Assembly (NCBI GenBank): GCA_964016885.1
Contig: OZ024740.1
Coordinates: 297,538,001-297,602,000 of the forward strand
Reading direction: 5' to 3'
Length of the DNA stretch: 64,000 nucleotides
Source of the DNA: Eledone cirrhosa
Taxonomy: Eukaryota
The notes under the pieces are model-generated. The model made no database searches and was not told the origin of the DNA. It saw nothing but the letters and a program-made list of their open reading frames with translations. The stretch's first letter is position 1. Each line of letters starts with the position of its first letter. Positions 43,057 to 58,110 of the stretch are shown here, in pieces. Made by a program: the position numbers and the translations under genes.

Positions 43057-45411
43057 CTACAATAGAGTGAATAGAATTATAGGGATTAGATTGTGTGATA
43101 GCGTGAATGTATGTATGTATGTATGTATGTATGTATGGATACCCGATCACGTGGTTAGACCACTGAGAGTGAAGGACCCCTAGCCTTTGTCATGGCATTC
43201 TTCTAGGAGAAGGCAACTCAGGAAACTGGGATAACTCCGACATAAAACCTGCGGCTCAGTAGTTACCGATGATGTTGATCTTTTCTTCTTTTCGAGTTAT
43301 AGCTACTGTCGCTCAGAGAGTGGGATTGGCTCAGTGCACAGTCTTTCCTCACTTTAAAAAATATCTTCACGCACAGGCATTGCACGATAGAATTAATTAA
43401 CAATTATTAATTATGTTATATTGTGCAATGGCCATACTCAGTAACGAAGGGTCAGCTATCATCATATATGTATGTACGTGTGTATGTATGTATGTATGGA
43501 GGGATGGATGGATTCATGTGTATGTATGTCTTCTAGTTTTCATTCAGACGTCTCTCTGAGAAGGTCACTATGATGTAAAGCCTGTGACTTTATTTGCATT
43601 CAATGATGTAGTTCTACTTTTTTTGGTAGATTCGATGTTCAGAAAGCCTTTCCTCGTTTAAAAAAGCTTCGAGCACAGGCATCGCTTGATATCTGACATC
43701 TGTTTAAGCATCAAGAAATCTAGTTGCAGCCATCATGTATGTATGTATATACGTATATATGCCTGTATGTACGCGTAACTCCTGGTGTAGGCTTAGGGGT
43801 GCCGTAATGGCCTGCAACCTTTCTTGACCTAACTCTTCTCCAAGTCAGAATACAGCCGATTTCTTCCGAAGAGAAAGGGAGGATTGAGTGAGAGAGTAAG
43901 GGGAGGAATGAACTCCAGTACTTGACTGGAACTTTATTTCAGCGACATCAAAAGGATGAAAGTTGACCTCGGCAAGATTTCAACTCAGAGAGCAGAGAGC
44001 CGGAACAAACACCGCAAAGCATTTTTTCTGATCTTCTAACCACCCTGCCAATTCGCCAACTAGGTTATAAGTGGAGATAGTGGGGGATTAGAAGTTATTT
44101 AGTTTCAGTACTCTCCCAACTCTGTTCGTGGCTTGGTTTCATTTTTATCGTTTTTTTTTTCGTTTTTTTTTCTTTTTCTTTCATATTTCCATCAATATTT
44201 GTAATGTTATTTATACATCGTGCATGGATTTATTGTCTGTAATCTTATTAAATTTATTAATTGTTTTGTGTAATTTAAAGAGAAAAACAATACAACTGAA
44301 TAAATTGATAGAAATATTTGTTTCGTATTTAGTGGATAAATGAGTTGGTAAATTTACTAGATTTAGTGAGAGTGTGGAATAAGTTGACAGTAGAGAACTA
44401 GTATGAGAAAAGTGAGTGTAGTGTCAGTTGAGTAATGGGGGAGGGGATAATGTGTAGGATGAGAGAAATGAGTGCGTGGAGTGATAAAAAAAAAGTGTAT
44501 TGAATGAGAGGGGGAATAATTTTACTGGAAACACAAGAGGTGGATGAGAAACTTGAGGTGTATGTATAGTGTTAGTGGACTGAGTGGGTGAAACGAGTAC
44601 TCTCGGGTCCCAAATAATAGAGGTGGTGGAATAAGCGGAGGGGTGGAAAATCGGTGATTTTTCTATGTTGTCTCTCTTGATCTTTTTTTTAAAAAACAGA
44701 TTTAGTCATTTAGTTTACATATTGAGACCCCAATCCATCCTATTTATTTTATAACGTATAGGATTTCTAGTAATGTACTTTTTTGTCTTGAATAATATTT
44801 TTTAATGTTTAAAGAAAATTGTCGCAGGAATGCTACCACTTAAAATAAAGTTTCGCCGGAGATAGATTAGCAAAATTTAATGAGGGGATGGGGTCTGAAG
44901 AAGTAATAAGCGGAAGGGAACGATTATTCGAGACCTGAGAATATGATAAATTAGGGAAATGTGTGAGTTAAGCTTCTGAAGGAGTAAATGAGTGAAAAAT
45001 ACAGGAATATTTAAAGTTTGAAATAAACACTCTACTGTTCAACATATTGGATGGGTTGGATCTGTAATTCAAAGGGCCAAACTTCTCACATATTGTGTCA
45101 CGTTGAATCTCCCTGAGAATTATGATAATGGTGCACACGTCCGTAGGAACCTCAGTCACACACAAGATAATTTCATGAGGAGACTGTTGATCGACCAACT
45201 GGACCAATCATCACCAACACCGACGGAGACCAATTCCAACCGCTGCCGCCTTGCGGTAGTCAACATTTAACGTTGAAAGACGTTTTCAAAGAATTACTTC
45301 TACTTATATATTTATGTGCGGATGTGCAGAGAAAAAGCTATAAGAGATTTGGTAATACTAGATTCACTGAACATGATGAAGAGTTAAAAGAGATAAGGTC
45401 TCCAGTCTTAC

Positions 45412-45497
45412 GTATTCTGCATGCTGTGCTATTCGAACGAAACCTTTGGCAAATGACTTGACATCTTTGATAAATCTCGTTGTTGACTGGTTCTCTG
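45412..45497 (-). CDS. Exon [28 protein letters not shown] (phase 2 to 1)
   Basis: Acceptor ttctttgatAG, donor C|gtaaga; 86 bp; phase fits the next exon; CxxxC motif. Confidence 0.55.
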
Positions 45498-45554
45498 CTA
45501 TCAAAGAAATATATTGCATATCAGTTGCACATATAAATATGTATGTGTATGTAC

Positions 45555-45619
<65 letters not shown>

Positions 45620-45822
45620 TATGTATACGTACATACATATATGTATACAGACGTACAGTAGTATGTATATATATATACATACATGCACACATATATATAT
45701 GTACGTATGGATTCACCGAACATTTATTATAATGCTCGGTGTGTTTGTAAACAAACATCCCGAATTAAGCCGTACAGTATCTAGCAACCATCGTTGCTCA
45801 TTTGTTCAACACTGACAAAGGA

Positions 45823-45865
45823 ACGCTGTACTAGTTTCAAGCTTATTAGCTATCATCAGCAACGT
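45823..45865 (-). ncRNA. Minimal type I hammerhead
   Basis: acgttg-CTGATGA-tagctaataagctt-GAAAC-ta-GTA-cagcgt; lies between ~130-bp inverted repeats. Confidence 0.75.
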
Positions 45866-46246
45866 ATACCTTCCTGTCAGATGATTGAACGTCTGAAAGT
45901 ATATACTTTCCTTATGCACATTAACGGCTAAGCAGCCTAATTTGCATATCGAGTGAGTTAATCGGCCGGGGTACCGAAAACGATAAACAGAGAAAATGAA
46001 ACACACCGAGCATTATAATAAATGTTCGGTGAATCCATACGTACATATATATATGTGTGCATGTATGTATATATATATACATACTACTGTACGTCTGTAT
46101 ACATATATGTATGTACGTATACATACTCATATGTAAGTAACAGCCGTACTAAGAGTGAGAAATGAAATTTCGTTTCATTTTTTCCGTTTATATATATATA
46201 GATATAGATATATCAGATGTATATATATATATATATATACATCTGA

Positions 46247-46400
<154 letters not shown>

Positions 46401-46901
46401 TATATCAGTTGTATATATATATACACAGACACACATTCGCAAATATGCATATATAATATATACACACCATAATGTTATTGTAGTAAAACTAGTAAAACAT
46501 ATATGTTATATGAGTTGCTTTACCTTATCAGATCACTATAAGTAGGATGAGATAAGCCAGCGTATGTCACTGAATATAAGTTTCACATATCGCTTGATCA
46601 AATCTGCAGTTATCAACCACCAGCTGGATCTTGTATTACAAGTAACTGCAACTGCCACGTTTTGATATCAAATAAATCACGCATACACACTCATACTTAC
46701 ACGCCCACGTGCTCACACTCATATATATTATATATATATATATATGTATATATACAATATGTTGAAAAGGTAACACACCAGAGAGAGATATATAGTGCGT
46801 TATCAATAATACAGGGAAAAACCCACCAGTGTATGGAATCTATAACCTATGAAAGGCAGACTATAGACACGATAATTAAAAATATAAATTAAATATCGTG
46901 A

Positions 46902-46995
<94 letters not shown>

Positions 46996-47294
46996 CTGAA
47001 TTTGTTTAGCAAGATTCTTTATCTGAAAACTTGTGTTGAAACCGATATTGTTATGCTTGGGAGGGTCATGTTGCCAATAAGAAACACACGCACTAGTTGC
47101 TTTTACTTCAATTTATTATAACTAAAATTTATAAATTTAGGAATTTATTAATTTCCGGTTGGTTGGTTGGTTCCACAACCAGACGATTGTTCATATATTG
47201 TCAAAGTTCTTTCGTCACACATTCTGTGACCACAAATGTGAAAGCAACTGGTGTGTGTGTGTTTCTTATTGGCAACATGACCCTCCCAAAGCAT

Positions 47295-47329
<35 letters not shown>

Positions 47330-47389
47330 TATAATTATATATATATATAATTATATATATATATATATAATTATATATATATATATATA

Positions 47390-47426
<37 letters not shown>

Positions 47427-47434
47427 TATATATA

Positions 47435-47506
<72 letters not shown>

Positions 47507-47594
47507 TATATATATATATATTATATATATATATATATATAATATGTATATATATTATATATATCATATTATATATATATTATATATATCATAT

Positions 47595-47639
<45 letters not shown>

Positions 47640-48095
47640 CTTGTATATATATTATAGTAAAAGAAAGTGTTGACATTAGCAAACGTTCTATACAGATCAC
47701 GTTATATAACGAAAAAGATAATTTAAAAAACGCACCTCGTATATACATATTATATATACATATATAAGGGCGTTGAATTGGCAGTATCAGTAGAGAGTTG
47801 GACGCCATGCTTTCTAGCATAGTTACATCCCTTTACGGTCTGAGTTCAAATCCCGTCGAGGTTAACTTTGCCTTTCATCATTACGGAGTTGATAAAATAA
47901 AGTACCAGTAATGTACTGGGTTATTGCTGGCCTGGTGCCAAAAGTAGAAACAATTATATATACATATATATATAGAAGAGCTTCTACAGGACTAGAACTG
48001 TTTCATTCGTGAGAAATCATCATTAAAACATTTATACTCTGCTATGTATTGAGTACCCTACTTACTGTGGTTACCTCCGATTCAAGCCGGAATAA

Positions 48096-48129
<34 letters not shown>

Positions 48130-48134
<5 letters not shown>

Positions 48135-48625
48135 ACACCTCAAAGGTCAAACACAAAAAAAGTCATGACAAGCCTTGACTATTGGGGACGACTAGGAAAA
48201 TTTAACCTCTATTCCCTCTAGCGTTGCATTCTCTCCGCGCTGCATTACCTGCATGATGTGAAAAATAGTCCATCAGCATTGCCCAAATGATGTTGACACC
48301 ATCTTTAAAGTACAGCTAAGGATTGGGCTCCGTGTCAACCGCCCACAACAAAAATCAAACTTACATCTCGTAACAATATTACGGCACAATTATTTCACCT
48401 CAACTATTTAACATTACACCAAAACATTTTAAAACAAAAACAGATCCCATAATATTCAAAAAGTCTTTGGACAAATTCCTTAAAGAAATTCCGGATACAT
48501 CTTCGTAAATAATAACTCTCTACTTGATGAGGCCATGTTCAAATCCTGATTAGAAAGACTTCGCCAGGTGATGCTATTAAATTAGACATGGCCTACGTCA
48601 ATGCTGGCTGAAACCTATCAAAGTT
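48130..48625 (+). mobile_element. CR1/L2-like LINE 3' remnant
   Basis: ...PQLFNITPKHF...FKKSLDKFLKEIPD. Confidence 0.55.
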
Positions 48626-48666
48626 GTATAAATATATATATATATAACTTTGATAGGTTTCAGCGA

Positions 48667-48711
<45 letters not shown>

Positions 48712-49149
48712 ATATATATTTTTAAAAAAAAAATATATATATATATAGATCAGTTCAGTTTGACAATCGCCACCGACGAATGCGAGAAAGTTCTCCAGAA
48801 AATTTAACCAATAATCTTTAAAAAAATCTCCCCACCGAAGTTAACGAAAAAATTACTAGATCTACAAACAAATTGTAAAATTATAATATTATGAAATTAA
48901 ATTAAATTGTTTAGAACTGCAAGTGAAGCCGTTCTTTTCCTTTTTGAAAATATACCCAACTGTACCAAGAATGTAGTTCTAAACAATTTAATTCTGGACT
49001 AGTCCAGAATTAGCCGTCGAAACGGCTTGAGCTCAGCCGTCGGGGTCCTACTTGTTCCTATTACCCACTCTACTACCCTAAGTATTGAGTACTTTGGTGC
49101 GTTATGGTCCATCTGGTTCCTTACCACATTTCCTTCGTTATATATATAT

Positions 49150-49180
<31 letters not shown>

Positions 49181-49428
49181 GTTGAATAAATGAACAGAGA
49201 ACAAAAATCAGAGAGGCAGTACAAATGATATGGTTTTTAGTTTCACGCTTGAGAGTGGGGATATATATATATAAACACAAGCATATATATAATATATATA
49301 TATATATATGAAAAAGTATATATATATATGAAAAAGCAGAGCTCAAGCCGTTTCGACGACTATTTCTGAACTGTATTGAATACTCTGGTGCGTTATGGTC
49401 CATCTGGTTCCGTACCACAATTCCTTTG

Positions 49429-49480
<52 letters not shown>

Positions 49481-49574
49481 AGCTTATGTTGGTTGTATAC
49501 CAACACCTCAGTATGCAGGCTGGAGCACTCGACGAAGTGCGCAGGCTGGTTTGGTTACTCCGGAGTAGTGTAAA

Positions 49575-49991
49575 ATAAAGTTAAATAAAAGTCAAATGAT
49601 TAAAATTTAGCTTCGTTTATTACTGCTATATATATTTCAGTGACAGCCATCTTAGGCTGTGACCTCTTCAGGCAGTTTGAATTAGTATGGTATAGACAAG
49701 TACATATGTTGTTTAGGTGTATGATATTGTCAATACTCTGATATGCCCAGTTCCTTGTTGGGTTGTTAATTCACTGAGGAACTGACTCCAGTTCCTCAGT
49801 TAATTAACAACCCAACAAGGAACTGGGCATATCAGAGTATTGACAATATCATACACCTAAACAACATATGTACTTGTCTATACCATACTAATTCAAACTG
49901 CCTGAAGAGGTCACAGCCTAAGATGGCTGTCACTGAAATATATATAGCAGTAATAAACGAAGCTAAATTTTAATCATTTGACTTTTATTTA

Positions 49992-49998
<7 letters not shown>
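49575..49998. repeat. Near-perfect 424-bp palindrome
   Basis: Arms are reverse complements about the loop actc at ~49785-49788; one mismatch seen; next to (TA)n. Confidence 0.9.
49897..49951 (+). ncRNA. Type I hammerhead (mirror copy 49622-49676 minus) in a 424-bp palindrome
   Basis: actgc-CTGAAGA-ggtcacagcc...ggctgtcact-GAAA-tatata-TA-gcagt. Confidence 0.75.
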
Positions 49999-50048
<50 letters not shown>

Positions 50049-50206
50049 ATAATAATAAATTTGAAGACTAAAATCCAAAGAGGGCTCGATAAGGATAAAT
50101 ATATATCAAATATATAAGAACCCATATATATATCTAGTTTCAGAAGATCCCGTTAAGGGTGAAAGCAGCGATTCTTTGCTTAAACTTTAATCTGTTATTT
50201 TAATAA

Positions 50207-50282
<76 letters not shown>

Positions 50283-52263
50283 GTGTGTATGTATGTTTGT
50301 GTGGGCGTAATTTATTTTATATCAAAAGGTGGCAGTTGCTGTTGCTTGCAATACAAACTGTTTCATTCATCAAGAATGTTCTGGTGATTTCATACGAATG
50401 AAACCGTTCTGTTGCTGGAGAAGTAATTTCTATATAAAATAAGAATGCAAATGCTCTACCAGCGCATTGAGTACTAGCCTTCAATATGGGCACATCACGA
50501 AACCCTTCGAAAATCTACTTATTATAAATAAGTGTGTTTGGCAGAATCGGAGCTTCGCGGCATAGAGTTACGGCTCTTTACGTTCTGAGTTCAAATCCTG
50601 CCTGTCATTCTTACGGGGTAGATAAAATAAAGCACCAGTAATTCACTGGGGTCGATTTAATCGATTTTCCCCTCCCCCCAAAGAAATTGCTGTCCTTGTA
50701 TCTATAGTAAAAATCATTGAATATATGTGTGTGTGTGTGTATGTACGCATGTATGTATGTGTGTGTATATGTTTGTATGTATGTATGTATGCATGCGTGT
50801 TGTTGGGCCACCGTTGTTTCTGACAAGATTTCTCTTCGTTTGATCAACGGAACAGCCTGCTCGTGGAATTAACATGGATTTAACATGCAAGCGGCCGAGC
50901 ATTCTACAGACACGTGTACCCTTAATGTAATTATCAGGGAGATTCAGCATGACATAATACGTGACATTGCTGATGAAACTCATTTTAGTGAGCTGAGTGA
51001 ACTGGGGCAACGTAAAATAAGGCCTCTTGCTTAAGGACGCAGCATGAACCCGGGATTTACAAAGAAAACAATATACTTCTTCATAGAAAAGGTTTGTTTT
51101 TTTCCTTCCATATGTCGCTTAAAATAGTATGTCCCTTGGTTGAATTACGAAGCAGTAGGAAAATATAAATGTGAAAATATAATCGAGTAAAGTACTCCAT
51201 GGTGACGAATTGGTAGAGTCGTTAGAACGTCGGATAGAATGCTATGCAGTATTTGTTTCGGCTCTCTACACCCTGAATTCAAATTCCACCCAGGTCAATT
51301 TTGTATTTCATCCATTCGAGCTCGATAAAAAAGTACTAGTCTAGTACTGGGGTCAATTCTTCCTCTATACCCCTTTCTCACTTCCATTCTTCTCTCATTC
51401 TGTCTAACCTTTTCTGGAAGAAATCTGGTGTATTCAGACCTGGAGAGGAGATGGGCTCCGTCAAGTTTTAAAATACACTAGAAACGCCGTATATCAAATA
51501 GTTCAATCGTCTGAGATTTAAAAGATTTTGAGAGTGTTATCACCTGAACCACTCTATATCCCCCTCTCTCTCTTTTCTCTATCACACTTTCTCATAAACT
51601 CAGTCACACACACTCTATTACCCCCCTCCCATTGCCGGCTTGACTAAGATTTTACACGATAGATACTGCAGCTTTAATATACAAGAAAGTATCTGTTTAA
51701 ATATTTCCAAAACGAAAACATTTCATGCGACAACATAAATATATTGTTCTTCTTTTTGTACAACCAATCTAAAAGCCAAAAGGCTCGTTAGGTTGGTGCT
51801 GATCCCGGTTTCGTGAAGCGACTGGAAGTACAAGACTCCCCCTGGACAGGACGCCAGCTCATTGCTGGGTTATACGGAGTATACTGGAGCAACTTGAAAT
51901 GAAGTGTTTTGCTCAAGAACAAAACATGCAACCCAGCCCAGGAATTAGACCCACAGCATTATCATCTATATTAAACATGTATTGACACAGAGGCCTTATT
52001 TTACATGTATTGACACATGTTGAAGACAGTATGAAAATATCATGAAGATGCTATGATTTGTGATTTAGGCACGAGGCCTAAACAATTCTAGGTGTGTGTG
52101 GGGGGGGGGGGGTAGTCGATTAAATCTTCCCCAGTGCATTACTGGTACTTTATTTATCGACCCCGCAAGGATAAAAAGCAAAGCTAACCTCAGCGGGATT
52201 TGAGCTCATATCAATTCAGTAATATTAAGCAGTCAAAGAAGTGTATATATACTGTTTACTTAC

Positions 52264-52326
52264 ATAATTTCTTCATTATGAGGCTGCTCAGAATTGGTCA
52301 AGTTGTGACATGTCTCGTTACAGCCC
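52264..52326 (-). CDS. Candidate exon: GCNETCHNLTNSEQPHNEEI (phase 2-2), or 5'UTR plus start MKKL
   Basis: Strong acceptor gttttctatttcAG and donor TAT|gtaagt; 63 bp; only one frame open throughout. Confidence 0.5.
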
Positions 52327-55300
52327 CTGAAATAGAAAACACATATTTATTAAAATGATATAATCATAAAGGAATTGTTTTGCCCGACACTGAAATGGAC
52401 TTTTTTTTATCATACGATGAATGTTCCAAGGCCGGAAGTAGTTGGTACCGTTTAGAAAGAGGAATAGAATGATTTGCGCGAGTCGTCCCAGCTCTCTGTG
52501 TCTTGATTTCAAATCCCACCGAGGTCACCTTTGTCATTCATCTTTCGAGGTCGATAATTAAAATACCCGTCCAGTAGTGAGGTTGCTTCTCCCTCTATGT
52601 CTCTTTCTCATATTATTTCTCTCTCTCAGAAGAAGAAGAAGAAGAAGCTCATCTCCTCTCCAGGTCTGAGTACAGCAGATTTCTTTCAGAGAAAGATAGA
52701 GAGAGAATGAAGGTGAATAAGTGAGAAAGTTATATAGAGGAAGAATCGGCCCCAGTACTAGACAGGTACATTTTTTTTATCAACCCCTAATGGATGAAAG
52801 ACAAAATTGACCTCGGTGGGATTTGAACTTAGAGCTCAGAGATCTGGAACAAACACCGCAAATCATTCTATCCGACATTTTAACGACTCTGCCAATTCGC
52901 CGCCTATTCTAAGTATTGTATTATCTTCCGTTAAAATCTTCCGTTATCTTAATGATTACGTGTGTCATGTAATGTCACAAGAAGAGCATAGTTGATGAAA
53001 TTGTAACTAGTGCATGAGTGGTAAGGCGGCGAATTAGTAGAGTTTTTAGGTTATCTGATCAATAATCTTTCGGTATTAGTTCCGGATCACTGCACTCGAA
53101 TTTCAAATCTCACAGAGGTCGATTTGTTGGCTTTGAGCCTAAAGCAAAAACCATTCTTATTATTGTTGTTGTTGTTGTTGTTAGGGCGGTGGATTGGAAG
53201 TATCGGTAGAAGGTCGGACGCCGTTCTTTGCAGCATTGAGTTACGGCCCTTTATGATCTGAGTTCAAATCCCGCTGAGGTTAACTTTGACTTACGGGGTC
53301 GATAAAATAAAGTACCAGTAATGTACTGGGGTCGATTTAATCGTACCCCCCCAAAAAAAAATTACTGGCCTTGTGCCTATACTAGAAATCATTATTGTTG
53401 CTGTTGCTTTTAATTCTTTTGATGTATTGAGGCATGTTTATTTTATCTCTATAAATAATAGTAAAGGGTAAAGACCCCTTGGGTCACAAATGACCATGAG
53501 ATTTGCACCTAGAGAGTTCACCTCCGAGGCACAAGTCCGGACAAATTGGTTTGTGGAAGACTACTTGTTACCCATGCATACCAGTCTCTCCTCACCACGC
53601 CACTAAGGGAAAGACAATGGCCGATACAGCTTGGCACCAGTGACGTCGCAACTCATTTCTACAGCTGAGTAAACTGAAGCAACGAGAAATATAGTGTCTT
53701 GGTCAAGGACACAATGCATCATCAGGTCCGAGAATCAAACTCACAATCTCCCGATTGCAAGCCCAATGTCCTAACCACTAAGCCATGTGCCATCATATCC
53801 CCATAAGTATTACTATATTATTTGCCCGTTTAGAGATTTGTTATCGCAATTTTGGGGGGTTCCTTTTTGTTGCAAAACCTACCAAACCCCGAAACGCACT
53901 GTGTTTTTTAAGTGGTTCTCGCAAAAATCTGGAAACAATTTATTGGATTTTTGTTTATAAAAAATTAATTCTAAAAAGAAAAATCTGCCCCGCGCAATAC
54001 AGATTTCCTCTCTCTAACAACCACCAATGATACGGCTTCTGTCACCACCATTGCAATAGACAACAACTGTCATAGCACGCATCATCTCCACTGGTTTCTA
54101 CGACAAGTTTTCCAGTTGTTCCAACATCAGCCTGCTCATAAAATTAACGTGCACGTAGCTGAGCATTCTACAAACACGTGCACTCATTACGCAATTCTCA
54201 GAGTGATTCAGCGTGACAGGATATATAATAAAATTGTAAGTACAGCCCATCCGACGGACTTCCAAGCAGTCTCCATCTAGGAAACTTCGCAAACAAGTCA
54301 TATATCAACCCTAGGCTATGGTAAATGAGACTTGCCAAAAGATGCGACGCAGTGGGTTTGAACCTCGGATCTAATGATTGCGAAGATAATTTCTTAACCA
54401 TTCAGCCAAACTGCATCCATAGCAACACCAACAACGCAATGTGCAGTATCAACAACAGAAATAAGGGTTTCTGATTTAGGCACAAAGCCAGCAAGTTTGG
54501 AAGAGAATGAAAGTAGATTAAATCGACCCCAGTGTGTGACTAATACTTTATTTTATTGACCCCGTAAGGGTGAAATGCAAAGTTGACCTCGGCGGGATTT
54601 GAACTCAGACAGTAGAGGGCCGTAACTCTATGTTGCAAAGCATGTCCGACGCTCACTGTGAAGCCTCTTTCAATTTTATCTGCTGACAACTCATTTTACC
54701 ACACATACACTAGCGTATCGTAAGTTTGTGATAACTCTCTGTCACAAACTTTGAATCTTTCCAACAGAGGGATCTCCGATAAAGCCCATATGGGTCATGA
54801 TATAACTTAAACCGGGTAGCAGGATGGGCTTAGTTGTCCTCCATCCTTAAAATGTATTCTCGAGCAGAGATTTTGTATCATTAGACTCAAAACCCGCTCT
54901 CTATTGTTGTAGCTGTTAACAATTCGGAGAAACTAGGAATCCTTGGCAGGCTGCATTCACCGTGACTGTAAAAGTGACGTCACTTCTGAGGCAGTTGCAT
55001 CTGAACGAGGGGGAAACTTTCAGGGAAGAAAGAGACCGGAAAAGAAGTGTATCGAGGAACTAACAGACAGGATGGGAAGTAGTGAAAGAACGTAGTCAAC
55101 GATAAGTGGGTCAGAAATAGTTTTATACATGTTTGTAGGGGAATAGACGACAGGTTAGATAACATCCATGAGCTTGGCCAGTCTCACTTTTGGATCCAAG
55201 CGGATCAGTTGGAGACGGTTGCTTTCGACAGGACCTGCTGGAAGGAATGTTTGATAACTCTGCCTCCACAACCCTCTCAAGAAGAAGAAGAAGAAGAAGA

Positions 55301-55764
55301 AGAAGAAGAAGATTGACTAGTTCGTTGTTTGTTGAGAGATTAGTGGGCTACTGTTATTCAGTTCAAATATTTCCGTTTTCGTAATTTTTCTTTCCTTCCT
55401 CAACGGGAAAAAGATATGTTAAATACGTTAAAGGATATACTTAGCCATAATTATTCTTTAACACCAATATCTTTCGTAAACAATATTTCTACTGTATATA
55501 GAAATATTTCTATTAAATGCTTGTACTAATTTGTGTAATGACTAAAAACGTTCTGAATTATAAAGAATATATTTCTTCTGATTTCAATCTATATGAAAAA
55601 TATGAGTAGTGTGGGCTGTTGGCAATATCTGGGATGGGTTATAAAGATTATATGTTTAAGACATTTTTTTCTTATACTAGTTTCAATCATTTGATTGCAG
55701 CTATAGTGTGTGAGTTGTGTTATTTAACTGAAAGCATTGTGTGTATGATTTGTAGTGGACGAGA

Positions 55765-55980
55765 AAAGCTTGCATGGCTTGGACGGGTCCTTCTCAGCAC
55801 GACATCTCTTCAAACATCGAGATCCTATGTCATCGACCCTGTGTGTCTCGGTGATTTGAGATCAGCTCTCATAACGTCTTTCCTTCCACTGGCATTTCCT
55901 GACATTTCTTCGCCGAACGACCATTGTCCATGCGCATCACGTGTCCAAACCAGCGCAGTCTTCTCTCCTACACACCACCG
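55765..55980 (-). mobile_element. RTE-like LINE RT C-terminal remnant
   Basis: ERRLRWFGHVMRMDNGRSAKKC. Confidence 0.65.
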
Positions 55981-56219
55981 CGAATTCTTTTATGAGGAAT
56001 CCAAGGGGCTCCTCATACCATTTTGTTTCTTTTTGTTCGTAATCTTCATTATCATGCTTATTATTATAATTATTATTAGTACTGTATTCACGTGTATAAA
56101 CATCCTACATATTTTCATTTCAAGATCATTTTAATTTAATAGTTTTCTGATTTCTTTCCGAGCAACGTTTTTGATCAGAAGAGAACGAGATGTTTATCAG
56201 AATATAGTAGTGGGGTCCA

Positions 56220-56279
<60 letters not shown>

Positions 56280-56494
56280 ATATATATATATATTTAATAT
56301 AGAAATGGCTTCTACAGGACTAGAACTGTTTCATTCGAAGGAAATCATCGGGAAAGCATCAGGGGCCTTCCTGGTGATTTCCTGCGAATGAAACAGTTCT
56401 AGTCCCGTAGAAGCCATTTCTATATTAAATATTTATACTCTGCTATGTATTGAGTACCTTACTTACTGCGGTTACCCTCGATTGAACCCGGGAT

Positions 56495-56594
<100 letters not shown>

Positions 56595-57709
56595 AGAAAT
56601 CAGGTGTTCTGGAAGCTGGAAAAAGATAGTCTCCACCAGGTTTTAACATACCCGAGACACACTGTTTGTCAAGACTGGAGTCCATCAGGAGTTAAGGGGC
56701 CCCTCTACTTCTACATTATATCTAGTGGTGGTAAGCTGCTCCAGTATTGTTGATGGTGTTGCTTTTGTTGCCTTATTCAAGATGTAAACCATGGAAAGAA
56801 TGTTTTTGTGTTTGTTCAAAACAGGGAAAACGAAAGAAATTGTTTTGAAGGGGAATCCTTAATTTTTTTATTTTTTTTTTTAGAAAAAGACAAACGGAAG
56901 TCAGAACACCAAGGTCTTCAGTCGTTGAGATTAACTTTCACCGTTTCGACCCCTTCCGACGGTACTGCTGGCCCACCCGGGGTCCCAGCGTCAGGCACAA
57001 GGCTAAGCGCTGTCCGTGGAGTAAAAGACAATGCAAAACAGTAACTTATAGCAATTAAGCCATAACGGGTATACATAGGGTTTTATGTGACGTATAGGAG
57101 AAGGTATTGTGATTTTTAGAGCAACGATAGTCTCGTGAGATTGAAAAAAAAAGGAGGTAAAGAAAGAAAAAGAAAGGAAACAGGCAAGAAGAAAGTAAAA
57201 TATCGTGTTAGAAGATCAGTATATACGTTTTTGATGTTGGTTTATGCCAAAACTGAAACTGATCCACATCTAATTCTATTTTTTCTGATAATGTTATTAT
57301 TGTTGTTATAATCTATATGCTACATACTACTTTATGCATTTACATATTTAACCAATTTAAAGACCCATGTAGAGATGGTAAGCCACGATAGTCTGTGAAA
57401 AGCATCAAATACCCCTTATCTCGCCTGACTCCGATGTGTCACGCAGTCAAACAGCGGCGCATGGCTCAATTCGGTGTCCTCGTCATCAGCCGATACTCTT
57501 CTTGTTGATGAGTGCACATGCATCAGAGTAGGCCTGTGCCTTGGCTTCCACATGCGTGGGTCTCACGAATGCTGATGTAAAGCCATAGCCGACGAATTTG
57601 GACCACATCCGCTCTTTTGTCACCATAGTGCAATTGGGTTCCCCCAGCACGTCACCATCAGAAAGAGCCTTGGCGTAGCCGGTTTCCAATAACAACTAGA
57701 ACCTGTTAA

Positions 57710-58110
57710 CCGTGACCGAGGTGACGAAAAGCGTCGAGATGGGATAACTTTTCCCCGTTCGAGGGAAATAAATCACTAATCTAGGATTCGACACGTTCTT
57801 CGGTTCTAACCTTGTCACTTCGGTCACAAACCTGGAGACTATCACCCATAATACGTGAGAGGAGAAGATATTAAAATAATGGGTCTTAACCGATTGATTC
57901 CTATGAGCGAGTCTCCATCGAGACATCCGATATTGTTGGTCTCCGGATTGCCGTTTTTCTCTGCAAAATTCCAAGCAGTTCATCCTGGTTGAGGAAGGAA
58001 ACCCGTAAGATGAAATGGTTCATGAAGCGAGTGTCGCTAGCTGTCCTCCGCGGCAATAGTTTCGACATTTTGTTCGAGGGGCAAAACTTAGATACACCAC
58101 CCAGCCAAGG
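57710..58110 (+). mobile_element. CRE-clade-like LINE 3' remnant
   Basis: DEKRRDGITFSPF...KSLI*DST, then SIETSDIVG...WFMKRVSLAVLRGNSFDIL. Confidence 0.7.
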
